This document shows, piece after piece, positions 33,191-50,284 of a stretch of DNA of 64,000 nucleotides. The stretch is from assembly GCF_009914755.1 (NCBI RefSeq), contig NC_060931.1. One strand, written 5' to 3'. Numbering within the stretch: the stretch's first letter is position 1; each line of letters opens with the position of its first letter. The notes beneath the pieces are model-generated. The model was not told the DNA's origin, ran no database searches, and saw only the letters and a program-made list of their open reading frames with translations. This stretch comes from the human T2T-CHM13v2.0 reference genome, Homo sapiens. Both the position numbers and the translations under genes were made by a program.

Positions 33191-33813
33191 GTTCTTTCAC
33201 AAGAGCAAGAAATAAATTTTTCTGCTGTTTAATTCACTATTCTTTGGGGTTTTGCTGTTGTATAGTTGCTGTATGTACAACTGAACCTAATTATAACTAG
33301 CACACTTAAGTATTCAGTGCCCTTAAGTATTCAGTGCTTTGTAAATGAGTACATATGCTTTAATCACTAGAGTGTGTCTCATCTGCCCAATAAGACTGGA
33401 AGCAATTTGAGGACAGGGATTACATTTTTATCTTTCCACATCTTCCACAGAGCCCAGTATGGTGCCATGCCCCAAACAGAATTAATTTCAATGCTTCTGG
33501 ATAGATGCACGGATGTGGGGGCTCAAAATAAATCAAAAAGACATACAGAAAAGAGAATTGCTAGCCTTCTCTCTCTTTGAATAGTGAGAATTTCCTTTCT
33601 CCACCATCAGTCACTGAGCTTAATTATAGGACACTGTAAATAAACTTGCTGTTGAAATTTATTTGGAGAGACACTAGGTGTTGCTGGTTACCCATGAAAA
33701 GGATATTGTTAGGATTTATTCAGCAGTACCTGAAGCAAATTAGGAAGAATTTTGGCTTTCCATTGTGCTTTTGCCAAAGTTCTTTCCAGATAGAAAGTGC
33801 ACAAAATATATAT

Positions 33814-34666
33814 TGGGGTAGTTAAACTAATGGCCCGCTATAGATGTCCATGTCCTAATCCCAAGAACCTATGACTATGTTAGGTTACTGGGCAAAGGGG
33901 AATTAAAGTTGCTAATTGGCTGATTTTAAAATAGGGAGATTATGCTGGATGATCTGGGTGAGCCTAATTGATATGGTTTGGCTATGTCCCCACCCAAATC
34001 TCAGCATGAATTGTAGCTCCCATAATTCCCACGTATGTCATGGGAGAGACCCAATGGGAAGTAATTGAATCATGGGGGAAAGTCTTTCCAATACTGTTCT
34101 CGTGATAGTGAGTAAGTCTCATGAGATCTGATGGTTTTATGAATGGAAGTTTCACTGCACAAGCCCTCTTGTCTGCTGCCAAGTAAGAGGTACCTTTGCT
34201 TCTCCTTTGCCTTTCTCCATGATTGTGAGGCCTCCCCAGCCATGTAGAACTGTGAGTCCATTAAACCTCTTTCCTTTATAAATTGCCCAGTCTCAAGTAT
34301 GTCTTTATTAGGAGCATGCAAACAGACTAATACACTAATGTAATCACAAGGGTCCTTAAGACTGGAAGAGAGAGGCAGAATAGAGGGGAAGATGTGACTA
34401 CAGAAGAAAGGCACAGAGCAATGTCACATGGCTGGCTTTGAAGATGGAGAAAGGGAACCATGAGGAAAGAAATGCAGGTGGTCTCTGGATGCTGGAAAAG
34501 GCAAGGGGCCTCCAGAATGGAATACAGCCCTGTCAACACCTTGATTTTAGCCCAATCAGACCCCTTTCGTGCTTCTTTCCTCCAGAACTGTAAGATAATA
34601 AATTTATCTTGTTTTAAAACCACTGTTTGTGATAATTTGTTATGGCAGCAATAGAAAATTAATACA
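33814..34666 (+). mobile_element. MLT1D-like LTR interrupted by THE1
   Basis: MLT1 body contiguous across the THE1; ends AATTAATACA. Confidence 0.8.
33969..34334 (+). mobile_element. THE1 solo LTR
   Basis: TGATATGG...CTAATACA termini; TSD CTAAT. Confidence 0.92.
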
Positions 34667-35455
34667 TATACTAATAAAGTTTTTCCCATTTCATTTTGAA
34701 AGTGTGAAACCTACTTCTTAGAGAGACGGTGAGATGGGGGAGTCAGGGGTGGAGGTGGGGGTTAGGTGACAGTTCACCGACATAGTTAATTGTATTATGT
34801 TATCTAATGTGTATTATATCAGGCATTAATAATAATTGCATTTTATGATATTCTACACTTTCCCAAGGACTTTCAACATATTGTTTCATTCAATCACGAC
34901 AATAACTTTGAGAAGCTGCGTAGACACATTGCTTCCCATTTTGACAGGCAGAAAACAATGAGTCACAAAGAAGGTCCCTGAGACAGGTGATGACAGAATC
35001 AGCACCTTGTTTTTATCTCTTTCAGGACTTGTCTTAGCCTTTTATATCTTACTCTTTCAAAGAACTTGGGTCCCAGAGCACAAGAAACAAAAAAACCACC
35101 TTCCTGAGGATACCTGTATATTTGTAGGTATTCTGCCACCATCTCTGGCACTTAGGGAAAGAGTTCCAAGACATCAAATTAACATGAAGTATTAACCATC
35201 TGGCTTCTAGACAATGGCCTGGAATCAGGTAGAAAGGCAGGGCTTACATATTCCAGACAGATTTGCACCACACGTGCTTCCCAGGGCAGAAGGGAACTGT
35301 CAGACCCAAAGACTCTCTCCTGCAGGGATTCACTCCTCACTCTCCCACTCCTTCCACCCAGCCTCCACCTTCTTCTGAACTCTGGTCCCAGCCCTGTAGG
35401 CAGGAGCTTCACCATTTGACTGACATCAAGAATCTCTGGCTTGAAGTCAGGAAGG

Positions 35456-35684
35456 GTAATTCCAGCACTTTGGGAGGCAGAGGCAGGTGGGTCACCCGAG
35501 ATCAGGAATTTGAGACCAGCATGGCCAACATGGCGAAACCCCGTCTCTACTAAAAATACAAAAATTAGCCAGGCATGGCGACGGTCACCTGTAATACCAG
35601 CTACTTGGGAGGCTGAAGCAAGAGAATCACTTGAACCCAGGAGGTGGAGGTTGCAGAGCAAGACTCTGTCTCAAAAAAAAAAAA
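35456..35684 (+). mobile_element. 5'-truncated Alu with an internal right-arm deletion
   Basis: Starts at GTAAT; TTGCAG joined directly to AGCAAGAC. Confidence 0.9.
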
Positions 35685-37053
35685 GCAGCATGTCTGGCTT
35701 AAACTCATCCCTGTAGTCCATCCTACTCTGGACCCCTGAAATAGAAAATACACCCTGTTTGTGGCCCCTCAAAGCCTAATTCCCATACAAGTCAAACAGA
35801 CACATTCTATAATATAATTTATCTCACCTGCCTTCTCAGTCCTCAATCCCCTACCTTCCCCCTTCCACCTTCCACTTTCCCTCTTTCCTTTCTTCTGTCA
35901 ATAAATATTGAGGAGCATATTTATTTTATGCACTGTACGTGAATTAGGGATGTTGTGGTAAGGAACAGGCCCACTCCCTGGCCTCTGGGCCATACAGCTA
36001 TTGAATGCACATATATATAAAACAATACTTTCTAAAAAGGGAGAAGCACCGGGCACTGGCACTCACTTGGCAGGGAGGCTGGCTCCCACTTCCTTAACAA
36101 CATTGGATTTGGTTATTTTGAGCTCAGTGATGCCATTCCAGAGAGGCAGTGGTTAAAGGACCCAGTCTCCAAAGCCAGACTTCCTGGGCCCAAATCCTGA
36201 ATCTATCACTTGCTAGCTATGTGATCCTGGGCAAGTTATTTAACTTCTCTTTGCCTCAGTTTCTTCATATGTAAATGGGGATGATGATAATAACACTCAA
36301 CACTTTAGATGTTTTTGATGATTTAGTTAATACATGTAAATGCAGTACCTGACATATATTGGATTGAAAATCATATGAAATTGCTGTTGTCAGTAATTGA
36401 CAGCGACATCAGCAACTCCATGTTTTAATCTTAGCAAACACTATATAAATGTTCATCACTGGCTTTTCAGCAGGGTGGTGAGGGAGCGAGCAGACGCAAG
36501 GGGCAAAGGAATGAGTAGCTAGTGAGGCCATAAGAAGCAGGAAGAAGAAGGCCTCTTCCCTCTCTTTAATCAGTAAAGCCATTAAATCAGGCCAGAATGA
36601 AAGGGACACAGACAAGTGGAAAATGAACACGTGTTACAAGATAATCTCAGGTAAAAAGCAAAACACCAGTTATAATGCATAATGCTACAATTAGCATCAA
36701 GAAAAATATTCTATGGACAGACATCAGAAGGGAACATCGAAGTGAAAACAGTCACTGAATTAGATGCCAGGAATATGGGGAAATGTTTAAAAGCTTTTTA
36801 CAATACTGTTGTAAAGTGGCTTAAATAGCTTTTTTTTTTTAAGTAAAGAAGTGTGTTCATGAAAAGAATGCAAGCATAGGCTGAGGAATTGGAGTCTGTT
36901 GATGCTCTGTGTGGGCAAGAACCAGTTGCTCTTTATTCTGAAGTTAGAAAGCCTGAGTGCAAATCTCCACTCTACGGCTGCATATCTGTGTGGCCTTTGG
37001 CAAGTAACTTACCTCTCTGTGCTTCAGCTTCCTCTTCTTGAAGATAAGAATAG

Positions 37054-37633
37054 TGTATTAGTCAGGATTCTCCAGTGGGACAGAACTAATAGGATGTATG
37101 TATATATGAAAGGGAGTTTATTAAGGAGAACTGGCTCATACAGTCACAAGGTGAAGTCCCATGATAGGCCACCTGCAAGCTGAGGAAGAAAGAAGCCAAT
37201 ACTGACTCAGTCTGAGTCCAAAAGCCTCAATAGGAAGGGGAGCTGACAGTACAGCCTTCAGTCTGTGGCCGAAGGCCCAAGAGCCCCCGGTAAACCACTA
37301 GCATAAGTCCTACAGTCCAAAGGCTGAAGAATCTCGAGTCTGATGTCCAGGGGCAGGAGAAACAGATGGAGGCATCCAGCATGGGAGAAAAATGAAAGCC
37401 AGAAGGCTCAGCAAGCCAGCTTAACCCACCTTCTTGCACCTGCTTTGTTCTAGCCATACTGGCAGCTGATTGGATGGCGCCCACCCACACGGAGGGTGGG
37501 TCTTCCTCTCCCAGTCCACCGACTCAAATGTTAACCTCCTCTGGCAACATCCTCACACCCAGAAACAATACTTTACCAGCTATCTAGGCATCCTTCGATC
37601 CAATCAAGTTGACACCTAATATTCACCATCACA
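37054..37633 (-). mobile_element. MLT2A/MLT2B (HERV-L) solo LTR inserted in a MIR
   Basis: TGTATTAGTCAGG...CACCATCACA termini; TSD AATAG. Confidence 0.88.
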
Positions 37634-37904
37634 AATAGAAACTACCACCACTAAAGGCTCTCATAAATACTAACTGAAGTAATAAATGTAAAACACTTAG
37701 AGCAGTGCCTGACATATAGCATGAGCTTTTAGTGTTATCATTCCCAGCAACTAGCAAAAGAGCAATGTCTTGGAACACATCACAGGGCTTATAATCCAAT
37801 GAGAGAGACAAACATATGACAGTAATAGTAACACCTAACACTAAGTGCTTACTATGTGTGACACACTTATTAAGTTATTCATAGGAATTCACTCATTTAA
37901 TTCT

Positions 37905-38205
37905 TCTCTTTTCTTTTTTAAGAGGGATAGGGTCTCACTCTGTTGCCCTGGCCGGAGTGAAGTAGCACAATCATAGCTCACTATAGCCTCAAACTCCTGG
38001 GCTCAAGTGATCCTCCCACCTCAGCCTCCCAAGCAGCTGGGACTACAGGTGTGCACCACCATGCCCAGATCATATTTAAATTTTTTGTAGAAACAGGGTC
38101 TCACTCTGTTACCCAGGCCAATCTCAAACTCCTGGCCTCAAGTCATCCTCCCACCTTGGCCTCCCAAACTGCTAGGATTACAGGCATGAGCCACTGCACC
38201 CAGCC
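37905..38205 (-). mobile_element. AluJ
   Basis: Diverged reverse-complement Alu. Confidence 0.92.
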
Positions 38206-38391
38206 TTACTAATTTAATTCTTGCAACAACTCTAAGAGCTAAGTGTTATTATTACTGTCATACTATTGATGATACTGTTGAGGCACAGAGAGGTGAACTA
38301 GCCCAAAGTCACACAGCTAGTAAGTGACGAATCTTTTGCTATTATAGTGTAGAAAGGGTCTTAGTGAGGTAATTAACAGATGCACTGAGAC

Positions 38392-39061
38392 TAGCCTATC
38401 CTCATCCACGGATACTGTATTTGCAAATTCTCCTACTTGCTAACATGTATTTGTAACCCCCAAGTCCATACTCCCAATGCTGTCAAGGTCATTCACAAAC
38501 ACGCATAAAGTGGCAATAAAAATGTGAGTCACCCCATGTGCATGTTCCCAATGAGACTGAACGAGGTGACATTTTGCCTTTTTATTTCCATTCTCACTCT
38601 ATAAACAAGTGTCCTTTCCAAGGTCCATTTAGTGCCACATTTTTTTGTATCCTTATGCTTTTATTTGGTGATTTCACTGTTTATAATGGCCCCCAACTTA
38701 GTGCTGAAGCACTGTCTAGTGTTCCTAAGCATGAGAAAACTGTGATGTGCCCTGTGGAGCAAAACAGGTGTTTGCATAAGCTTCATTCAGGTGTGACTCA
38801 TAGTGCTGTTGGCTATGGGTTCAATGTTAATGAATCGACAACATATTAAAAAAGAAATACACACAGAACAAGGTTATGCCTTTAAACAGAAACACACATA
38901 GAACAGATTATGCTTTAATCAGTTGATGACAATGCGTTGACCAGAAGCTTACAGGAACCTAACTCTATATTACCTCTAGGAACCATGGCTCAGTATTCGC
39001 TAATGCAGTGCTCATGGCAACTTTCTAGAATGTAACTACTGTGGATAATGAGAATCAACTA
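38392..39061. mobile_element. MER82-like TcMar-Tigger element
   Basis: Resembles remembered MER82 consensus; degenerate inverted termini. Confidence 0.7.
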
Positions 39062-40783
39062 TACTTAGGAGGTCACTTCCTCCAGACTCAAGGGTCAGGA
39101 GGGTTCTAAGAGACCTGAGGTAGGAGTGAGCCAGAAGTGACAGATGGGGGAAAGAGTGTCCCAGGTAGAAGATACAGCAAGAGCAAAGCCCTGGAGGCCT
39201 CAGCCAGAGCAGAGACTTTGAGGGGCTGAGCAGCAGTGTGATTGGCAGGGAGTTGGAGGAGGAGAGGCCGGAGGACTAAACTAAGGGCCAACCACACAAG
39301 AACCCATAAATCCTATTGAAGGTGTGGGATTCACAAATTTAAGCAGCTGAGCTCCACAAAGTCTATACCGTTCACATTAAAGTTCACTGGTGGCCAAATC
39401 TGATGGTGGGTTCTCTGTTTCCACAACCCCTGACCCCTCGGCAGGTAGCTTTTCACACGGCAACCCCTGCTTCTTGATGTGCTTTCTTGTTTGGGCTTTG
39501 GTGACTCCATGCTCACCTGGTTTAATCCCTACTTAATGGGCTTCCCCCCCATATCTCCTATGCCAGCTCCTCCTTCCCTGCCCACCTCTAAAAGCTGATA
39601 TGCCTCAAGCTCTGTCCTCTGATCTCCTTAGTGGCTTTCATTCAGGCCTACAGCTTTACTATCAGGTATATGCCAATGGCTCCAGCGTAAGTCAGGATCC
39701 TAGCAAGAAGTGTATGGAACCCTCCCTGGGTCATGAGACAAGTTTAATAAAAGGCAGGATTTAGGGAAACCACAAAGGACAGTTCAGCCCTACTGGGCTA
39801 ATAACAGTGAGATACATTATCACCCCTAGGCTTGATGGGGAATGGAGGGAGTAGTTCCTGAAACTTGGAGACAGGAGCTGTGATCTTCAGTTGAACGACA
39901 CAGTCAGCCCTAAGTGATACTACATAAACAGAGGGCTAGAGGAATAAATAGCCCGACCTCACTCTCCTTGCTCCCTTCCCCCAGATCTTCTTCCAGGGCT
40001 CTTTATTGGCCAAACACAATGGGAAGCCACAGGACAAGATAGGCTGTTGAGTCAATACAGGTCAGATTATTAGAGTTCAGTGCAGGGTAAAAAAAGAGTG
40101 GAGAGTGGTTCTGAAGGGCAAATTGAAGACACACAGCACAACTCCCAAATCTGTCTCTGGTCTTGACCTGTCCCCTGAGGTCAAACTCCTACAACCAACC
40201 TTTAACCCAACTCCCCAACTTGGCCTATCTAAGAACATCTCGAACTTAACTTCTGACAAATCAAAACTCTTGGTTTGCTGCCCCCTACATTCACCTCCAT
40301 CCTCAAACCTACTTTTTTTCCTTGGTTTTCTCCATCTCTGTAAATAGTACCACCATGACCTACTTACTCAGGCCAAAACCTTGGGAGTCATTATTGTTTT
40401 CTCTCTCTCTCCCTCACAGTTGACATCCAAACATTCAGTCAATCATACAGGCTCCCTCCAAAATATATCCCAAGTCTCATGACTTCCATTGCTAAAACCC
40501 CATTTCAAACCATCATCAACTCCTCCCATGACTGCTACAATAGTGTCTTGATTGGCCACCCTTCTTCCACTGTTGGACTCCTTCCACTTAATCCTCCAAA
40601 TAGTAGCCAGAGAGTACTTCTCAAAGGATAAACCAGAATACAGCCTCCTCTGTTTTAAATGGCTTCATACAGTAATTTGAATAAAATCCAAACTCCTTAC
40701 CATGACCCCAAGGCCTCCATGATCTGACACAGTCTACTTGTATGACTCATCTCTTATTCCCTTCCTCCTCTTTCCTTCCACTA

Positions 40784-41119
<336 letters not shown>

Positions 41120-42166
41120 TCAAGTCTGTTCTAATATCAAGGGTTTTGTACCTACTTTTTCTTCTGCCTGGAAATCTTTCCTTCCTGAAAAATCTTCAAA
41201 GGGCTGCTTCCTTCTCATCAAATATTTACATTTTAATTCAGTTGTCATGTTCTCAAAAATACCTTCCATTTTACTTAAAAATAATCCATCCAGAATCAGG
41301 GAGGGGTAAGAGATGCAGGTGTAAATGAAACAACATGCGGCCCTGATATAATAATGGTCAATGATGGATGATGGATATGAGGCTGTTCATTATTCTGTTC
41401 TCTTTATTTTAAATACATTTGAAGTTTTCTGTATAAAAAGGCTTCTAAGGGATCCATCCCCTCCCTGCACTCAGGCTCTCTCTTTGCTCTTCTTACTTTC
41501 TGCTGCTTCACCTGCTCATGCCCGTTGGGCATGTGGTACTGTTTCCTCTGCTTTGATTCTCTGCTCACTCTCCAGAACAGCTTAATTCCTACTCATCCCT
41601 CAGGTCTCAGATTATACATGCCTTCCCTAGGGAAACCTTCCCTGACTCATTTATGTTCCAAATTGCCTTGTTCACAAGTGAGAGCTCAAACTGGTTCAGG
41701 TAACTGTAAAGTCCAGAGTTAGCTTCTGGCTTGATCCAGGCCTCAAGAAGTGTTATCAGGACTACTCATCTCTCCATCTCTTGGCCCCATTTCCTCCATG
41801 TTGGCTCCATCCTCAGAGAAGCTCACCCTCCATAGTGGTAAGATGACTTCCATGTCTCCAGCTTTCTCCTTCACATTCAAATCTAACATGAAGAATGGAT
41901 TTATTTCTCCAAAAGTGTTCCAAAAAAAGCGCCATAGCTTATTCTTACTAGCTTGGGTGACTTGACTCTGGGCATAGTCCTGTTTTAGAACCAACCATTG
42001 GTGCTGTGGAAAAGCAATGATCTGATTGACCAAACAGGACTGGGTCTTCCCTGACGCTGACAGATAGATTATGTGTGGGGTGAGGTTGCCAAACCCCAAC
42101 TGGAATTACAGGAAGTCTGAGGATAAATCCTGGAGAGGCAAACAACAAATGTCCACAAGGAATTTC

Positions 42167-42212
42167 TTTTTTTTTTTTGAGATGGAGTCTCGCTCTGTCA
42201 CCCAGGCTGGAG
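42167..42212 (-). mobile_element. Extremely 5'-truncated Alu (~33 nt plus tail)
   Basis: T-run + GAGATGGAGTCTCGCTCTGTCACCCAGGCTGGAG flanked by AATTTCTT repeats. Confidence 0.85.
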
Positions 42213-42432
42213 GAAATTTCTTAACTAAATGTTTGCATAACAACTTGTCCTCTTTAATAGCACTATGATAATTATACACTTATGTATAATTTGTTTAATA
42301 TATGTGCCTCCCATAACACTGTACGGTCAACTTGAGAGAGACTCTGTCTCCTTTTTTCACTGCTATATGCCCAGTGTCCAGCACCGTTTTGGCACAGGGT
42401 AGATAGTATTTTTTTCAATAACTATGGTACTA

Positions 42433-42465
<33 letters not shown>

Positions 42466-42476
42466 CACACACACAC
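42433..42476. repeat. (CA)n microsatellite
   Basis: Direct. Confidence 0.95.
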
Positions 42477-42823
42477 GGCAGGACACAAAGCAGTAAAAAA
42501 TAAAAAATTTTTTCAAAAAACAATTTATCCTTAACCAAGTGAAGAAAAAACCCAATCCTCCCATTTATCCCTAATTTATCCCTTACTAAACGTTCTTTTT
42601 TATTTTCTTCACAGCAAGTATCACTGTCTGAAGTTACATCTCACATATTTATCTATACATTTATGGTCTGTTTCCCTGCCCGTCCCACGACCATCCCTTG
42701 CGATAGATTAACTCCATGACAGCCAGTGTCTTTGCCTTATTTACCACTCGACGTGTCACGAAGGTCCAGCACAGCGGCTTCAGAGTGAATGTTTAATAAA
42801 TATTTGACCAATGAAGGAACAAA

Positions 42824-44263
<1,440 letters not shown>

Positions 44264-45121
44264 TTACACTTAAAGAAGTTATTCAAAATTCAAAGTGAAT
44301 AAAACACCTTTTTTCTTTCAAAAAAAGAAAAAAGAAAAGAATAAATGAAGGCTCCAAAATTTCCATTCATGGCCATGAGATCTCTTCTGAGTTCAAATCT
44401 ATCCTTGAGCATTATTTCTAGACAACTTCACCTGGATCCCCACAGTGGTCTTAAATTCAGTGTACTCAAACTCGATACATCCAAAATTGATCTCAATATG
44501 GCCAAAATCTTCCCCCAAAATGTGTCCTTTTTCCTCTGTCCCTTATTTTAGTCGAAATAAAATTTGATAGGGCTGAAATGCATTTCTCCCTGGACTTCTT
44601 TAATATCCTTCTTCTGATTTTCTCTTCCTTTTCTGGTTGGGCCTTGTTGTTTCTTGTCTGTCTCTGTGTGCTCTTCTCACTGCCTACTTTTTAAATTTTA
44701 ATGAGACATTTAACACTAATAAAAGATTGAAAAAGCTCCATCCCAGAGTTCTTGCAATAGAAGAAAAGAAATACAAATATGGAATGAGGGGTGGTAAGGA
44801 AAAACCCTGTGAACATGAACTGGAATTAGAGATATTGGTAAAAATTCATGATTTCTAAAATGTGTATGTGTATGTGTATATGTAGAGTTACATGTGTACA
44901 TATGTATTATATACTTACATACAATACACACAGACATTTCCTACCTCTGTCTGCTATAGGAACGTAGGAACAAGACACCCCAGTAGCCATGAGCTCACAT
45001 AACCATCCAGATATTGGTCTCTAATACTAGTCACCACTAAAAGGAACCAGAAATCTGTGGTCAAGGAGCTGATTCCAGGGCTGGGACACAGAAGGTGTAA
45101 GATGAGCCAGAAACACGTTTT

Positions 45122-45505
<384 letters not shown>

Positions 45506-45624
45506 TGAAGGGACTCTTGTTCTCCAAATCCAATTCGAAAGGGAATTTTGAGCACAAAATAATTACGTAAAATAACGAACTGCAAACCATTGAGAAGCTA
45601 TTAGTCCATACTTATGATAAATGA

Positions 45625-45684
45625 ATGGATGGATGGATGGATGGATGGATGGATGGATAGATGGATGGATGGATGGATAGATGG
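45625..45684. repeat. (GATG)n microsatellite
   Basis: Direct. Confidence 0.95.
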
Positions 45685-46321
45685 TAGAGAGCGCAGAGTT
45701 CTTGCTTAGAGGATGTCAAGGACTAAAAGGTCAATGCAGTGCAATGCTAAAGATGAAAAATCATCATTTTGCAACCATCATAGCAAAGATTGGATTATCA
45801 TCAGTAGATGCTAAATTTGGCAGGGGGAACTTTGATGAGGAGCAGAATATTTGCATGGACTTCAGTGTCTCCCCACAGATTACTTATTAGTAGCAAAACA
45901 GAATATATTAACTACAGTGAAGAAATCAGACATCTTGTTCAACTGATCAAAATTAATATCACCAATGAGGAGCAGATGAATATACTTTGCCTCTGGATGT
46001 GATACCTTAAGAAGATCACAACGTCTCTGGCAGGGAATACATAACCTGAATCTAATCATGAGGAAACATCTGACAAACTCAAAATCAAGAACCTTCTATT
46101 AAAAGGGAGTGGGAAGCTGTATTATTTTTAAAATGTCAATATCATAAAAGACAGTGAAAAAGTGAGAAACTATTCCACATTAAATGCAACTAAAGAGACA
46201 TGACAACTAAAAGCAATATGTAATCCTAGACAGGATTCTGTACTAGAGAGGGAAATAATCCTGCAAAGGACATTATTGGGTTAATTAACAAATTAGAATG
46301 CAGATAGTAGATTAGATCATA

Positions 46322-46780
46322 TGAATAAGAGAGGATACCACCCCTCATATTGTCTTATGCCCAATTTCTGCCTCCAAAGAAATAAGTAAAAACTAAAAGG
46401 CAGAAATGGAATCCACAGGCAGATAGCCCAGCACCGTGTCCTGGGCCTGGTAGTTAAAAAATCAACCCCTGACCTAACTTCTTGTGTTATCTATAGATTT
46501 CAGACATTGTATGGAAAAGCATCGTGAAAATCCCTGTCCTGTTCTGGTCTGTTCTGATTACCGGTGCATGCAGCCCCCAGTCACGTACCCCCTGCTTGCT
46601 CAATCCATCACAGCCCTTTACGCAGACCCCCTCGTAAGCCCTTAAAAGGGACAGGAATTGCTCACTCGGGGAGCTCAGTTTTTGGAGACGTGAGTCTGCC
46701 GATGCTCCCAGCTGAATAAAGCCCTTTCCTTCTACAACTTGGTGTCTGAGGGGTTCTTGTCAGCGGCTCGTCCTGCTACA
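46322..46780 (+). mobile_element. LTR2B-like (HERV-E/Harlequin) solo LTR
   Basis: ACCACCCCTCATATTGTCTTATGCCCAATTTCTGCC start, AATAAA ~46715, GCTCGTCCTGCTACA end; TSD not clear. Confidence 0.85.
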
Positions 46781-47908
46781 ATACCATTGTAAATATTAAA
46801 TTTACTGCAGTTGATAACTACACTGTGGTTATGTAAGAGAATATCCTTGTTCTCAGGAAATACTCACTGAAGATTTAAAGGGCAGAGAGCCATGACATAT
46901 ATAATTTACTATCAAATGGTTCAGAAAAATATACACATGTGCACAGAGGGAGCAAATGATAAAGCAAATGGAACAAAATTTTAACAATAGATGAATCTGA
47001 GTAAAGAATATGTGAGTGTTCTTTGTAGTATTTTGAAACTTTGCAGTCAATGTGAAATTACTTCCAAAAAGTTTTTCTCGAAGGGGGCAAGTGCCACTCT
47101 TGGCCCTCTTGTCTCCAGATGCTACACATTCCTCAAGTAATCTCACCCACATTAATGCCTACATCACACACTACGACAATCTTTATCTCTACTCCAACCT
47201 GTGCTCTTGAATTCCCAAACTCTATTTTCAACTCACTTCTAGACATCTCCACCCAAATGTGCCCTGGGTGAAACATACCCACATCCTAAAGGCATCTTCT
47301 TTCTTCTATGAAATGGGCACCATTCTCCTCCCAGCTGCTTGGGTTCCTCAAAGAGAGCTGCACTCCCTTTGCCACAATCTGGGGAACAGGAAGACACTGG
47401 AGCCACACCAGAAAAATGGAAGCCTCACTTGTGACCCACTCTCTCCCACTCGAATCAGTTCTTGATTCTAATCTCCAATGTAGCTTCAATTACCTCGGGA
47501 ATCCTAGTTGCAAGAGCAACTGACATTGTTTTTGATGTGCTAGTCTCTGCAATCCAGGAAAACAGAACCACAAGGACACTGGAACAAATGGAAGAGCTAA
47601 TCTACTCCATCTGCTACATTCCCCCCTGCCCATTGTCACCACCTCTGCCTGTCCATGTGGCTAATGCCAGTTGGGCCTAGTCTTACAAAACTTGCAAAGT
47701 GAAGTGTCACTGTCACTTGAGTTTCTTGATTCCTTGCTGACTGAATTTCATGTCCTGTCCCTTCTTTCTATTCCTCCATTATAGCATTTGCCACATTGAA
47801 TTGTCATCCTTACTCTTTGAGACTATATCCTGGGCTAAACATTGACAGGATGCATTTCTAGTGACTAGAATAGTGCCTGGGATAGAATAGGATGAATAAG
47901 CAGTAACA

Positions 47909-49849
<1,941 letters not shown>

Positions 49850-49997
49850 TATAACCTAAATGTTCCAGGCTCCACCTATAGGGTTAAAATTTTGGCCCAT
49901 AAACACTAGCCCTCACAGGTGGGAGTTCCTGGGTAGGTTACCCTTAGTTGGCCAAATCAATAGCATCATCCTTCTGGTGTCTCCCCTTTCTCTTCTG

Positions 49998-50284
49998 TTT
50001 TTTTTTTTTGAGACGGAGTCTCGTTCTGTCACCCAGGCTGGAGTGCAGTGGCACGATCTTGGCTCACACCGCTTCCCCAGTTCAAGTGATTCTCCTGCCT
50101 CAGCCACCCAAGTAGCTGAAACTACAGGTGCATGCCACCGCGCCCAGCTAAATTTTGTAGTTTTAGTAGAGACGAGGTTTCACCATGTTGGCCAGGCTGG
50201 TCTCAAATGCCTGGCCTCAGGTGATCCACCCGACTCTACCTCCCTAAGTGCTGGTATTACAGGCGTGAGCCACCATGCCTGGCC
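49998..50284 (-). mobile_element. Alu (AluS-like)
   Basis: Reverse-complement Alu. Confidence 0.92.

Noticed and set aside
35645-35665. Alu right-arm deletion as a possible spliced-out mini-intron
   Set aside because: Junction fits CAG microhomology; a GT-AG splice would give TTGCAAGC rather than the observed TTGCAGAGC.
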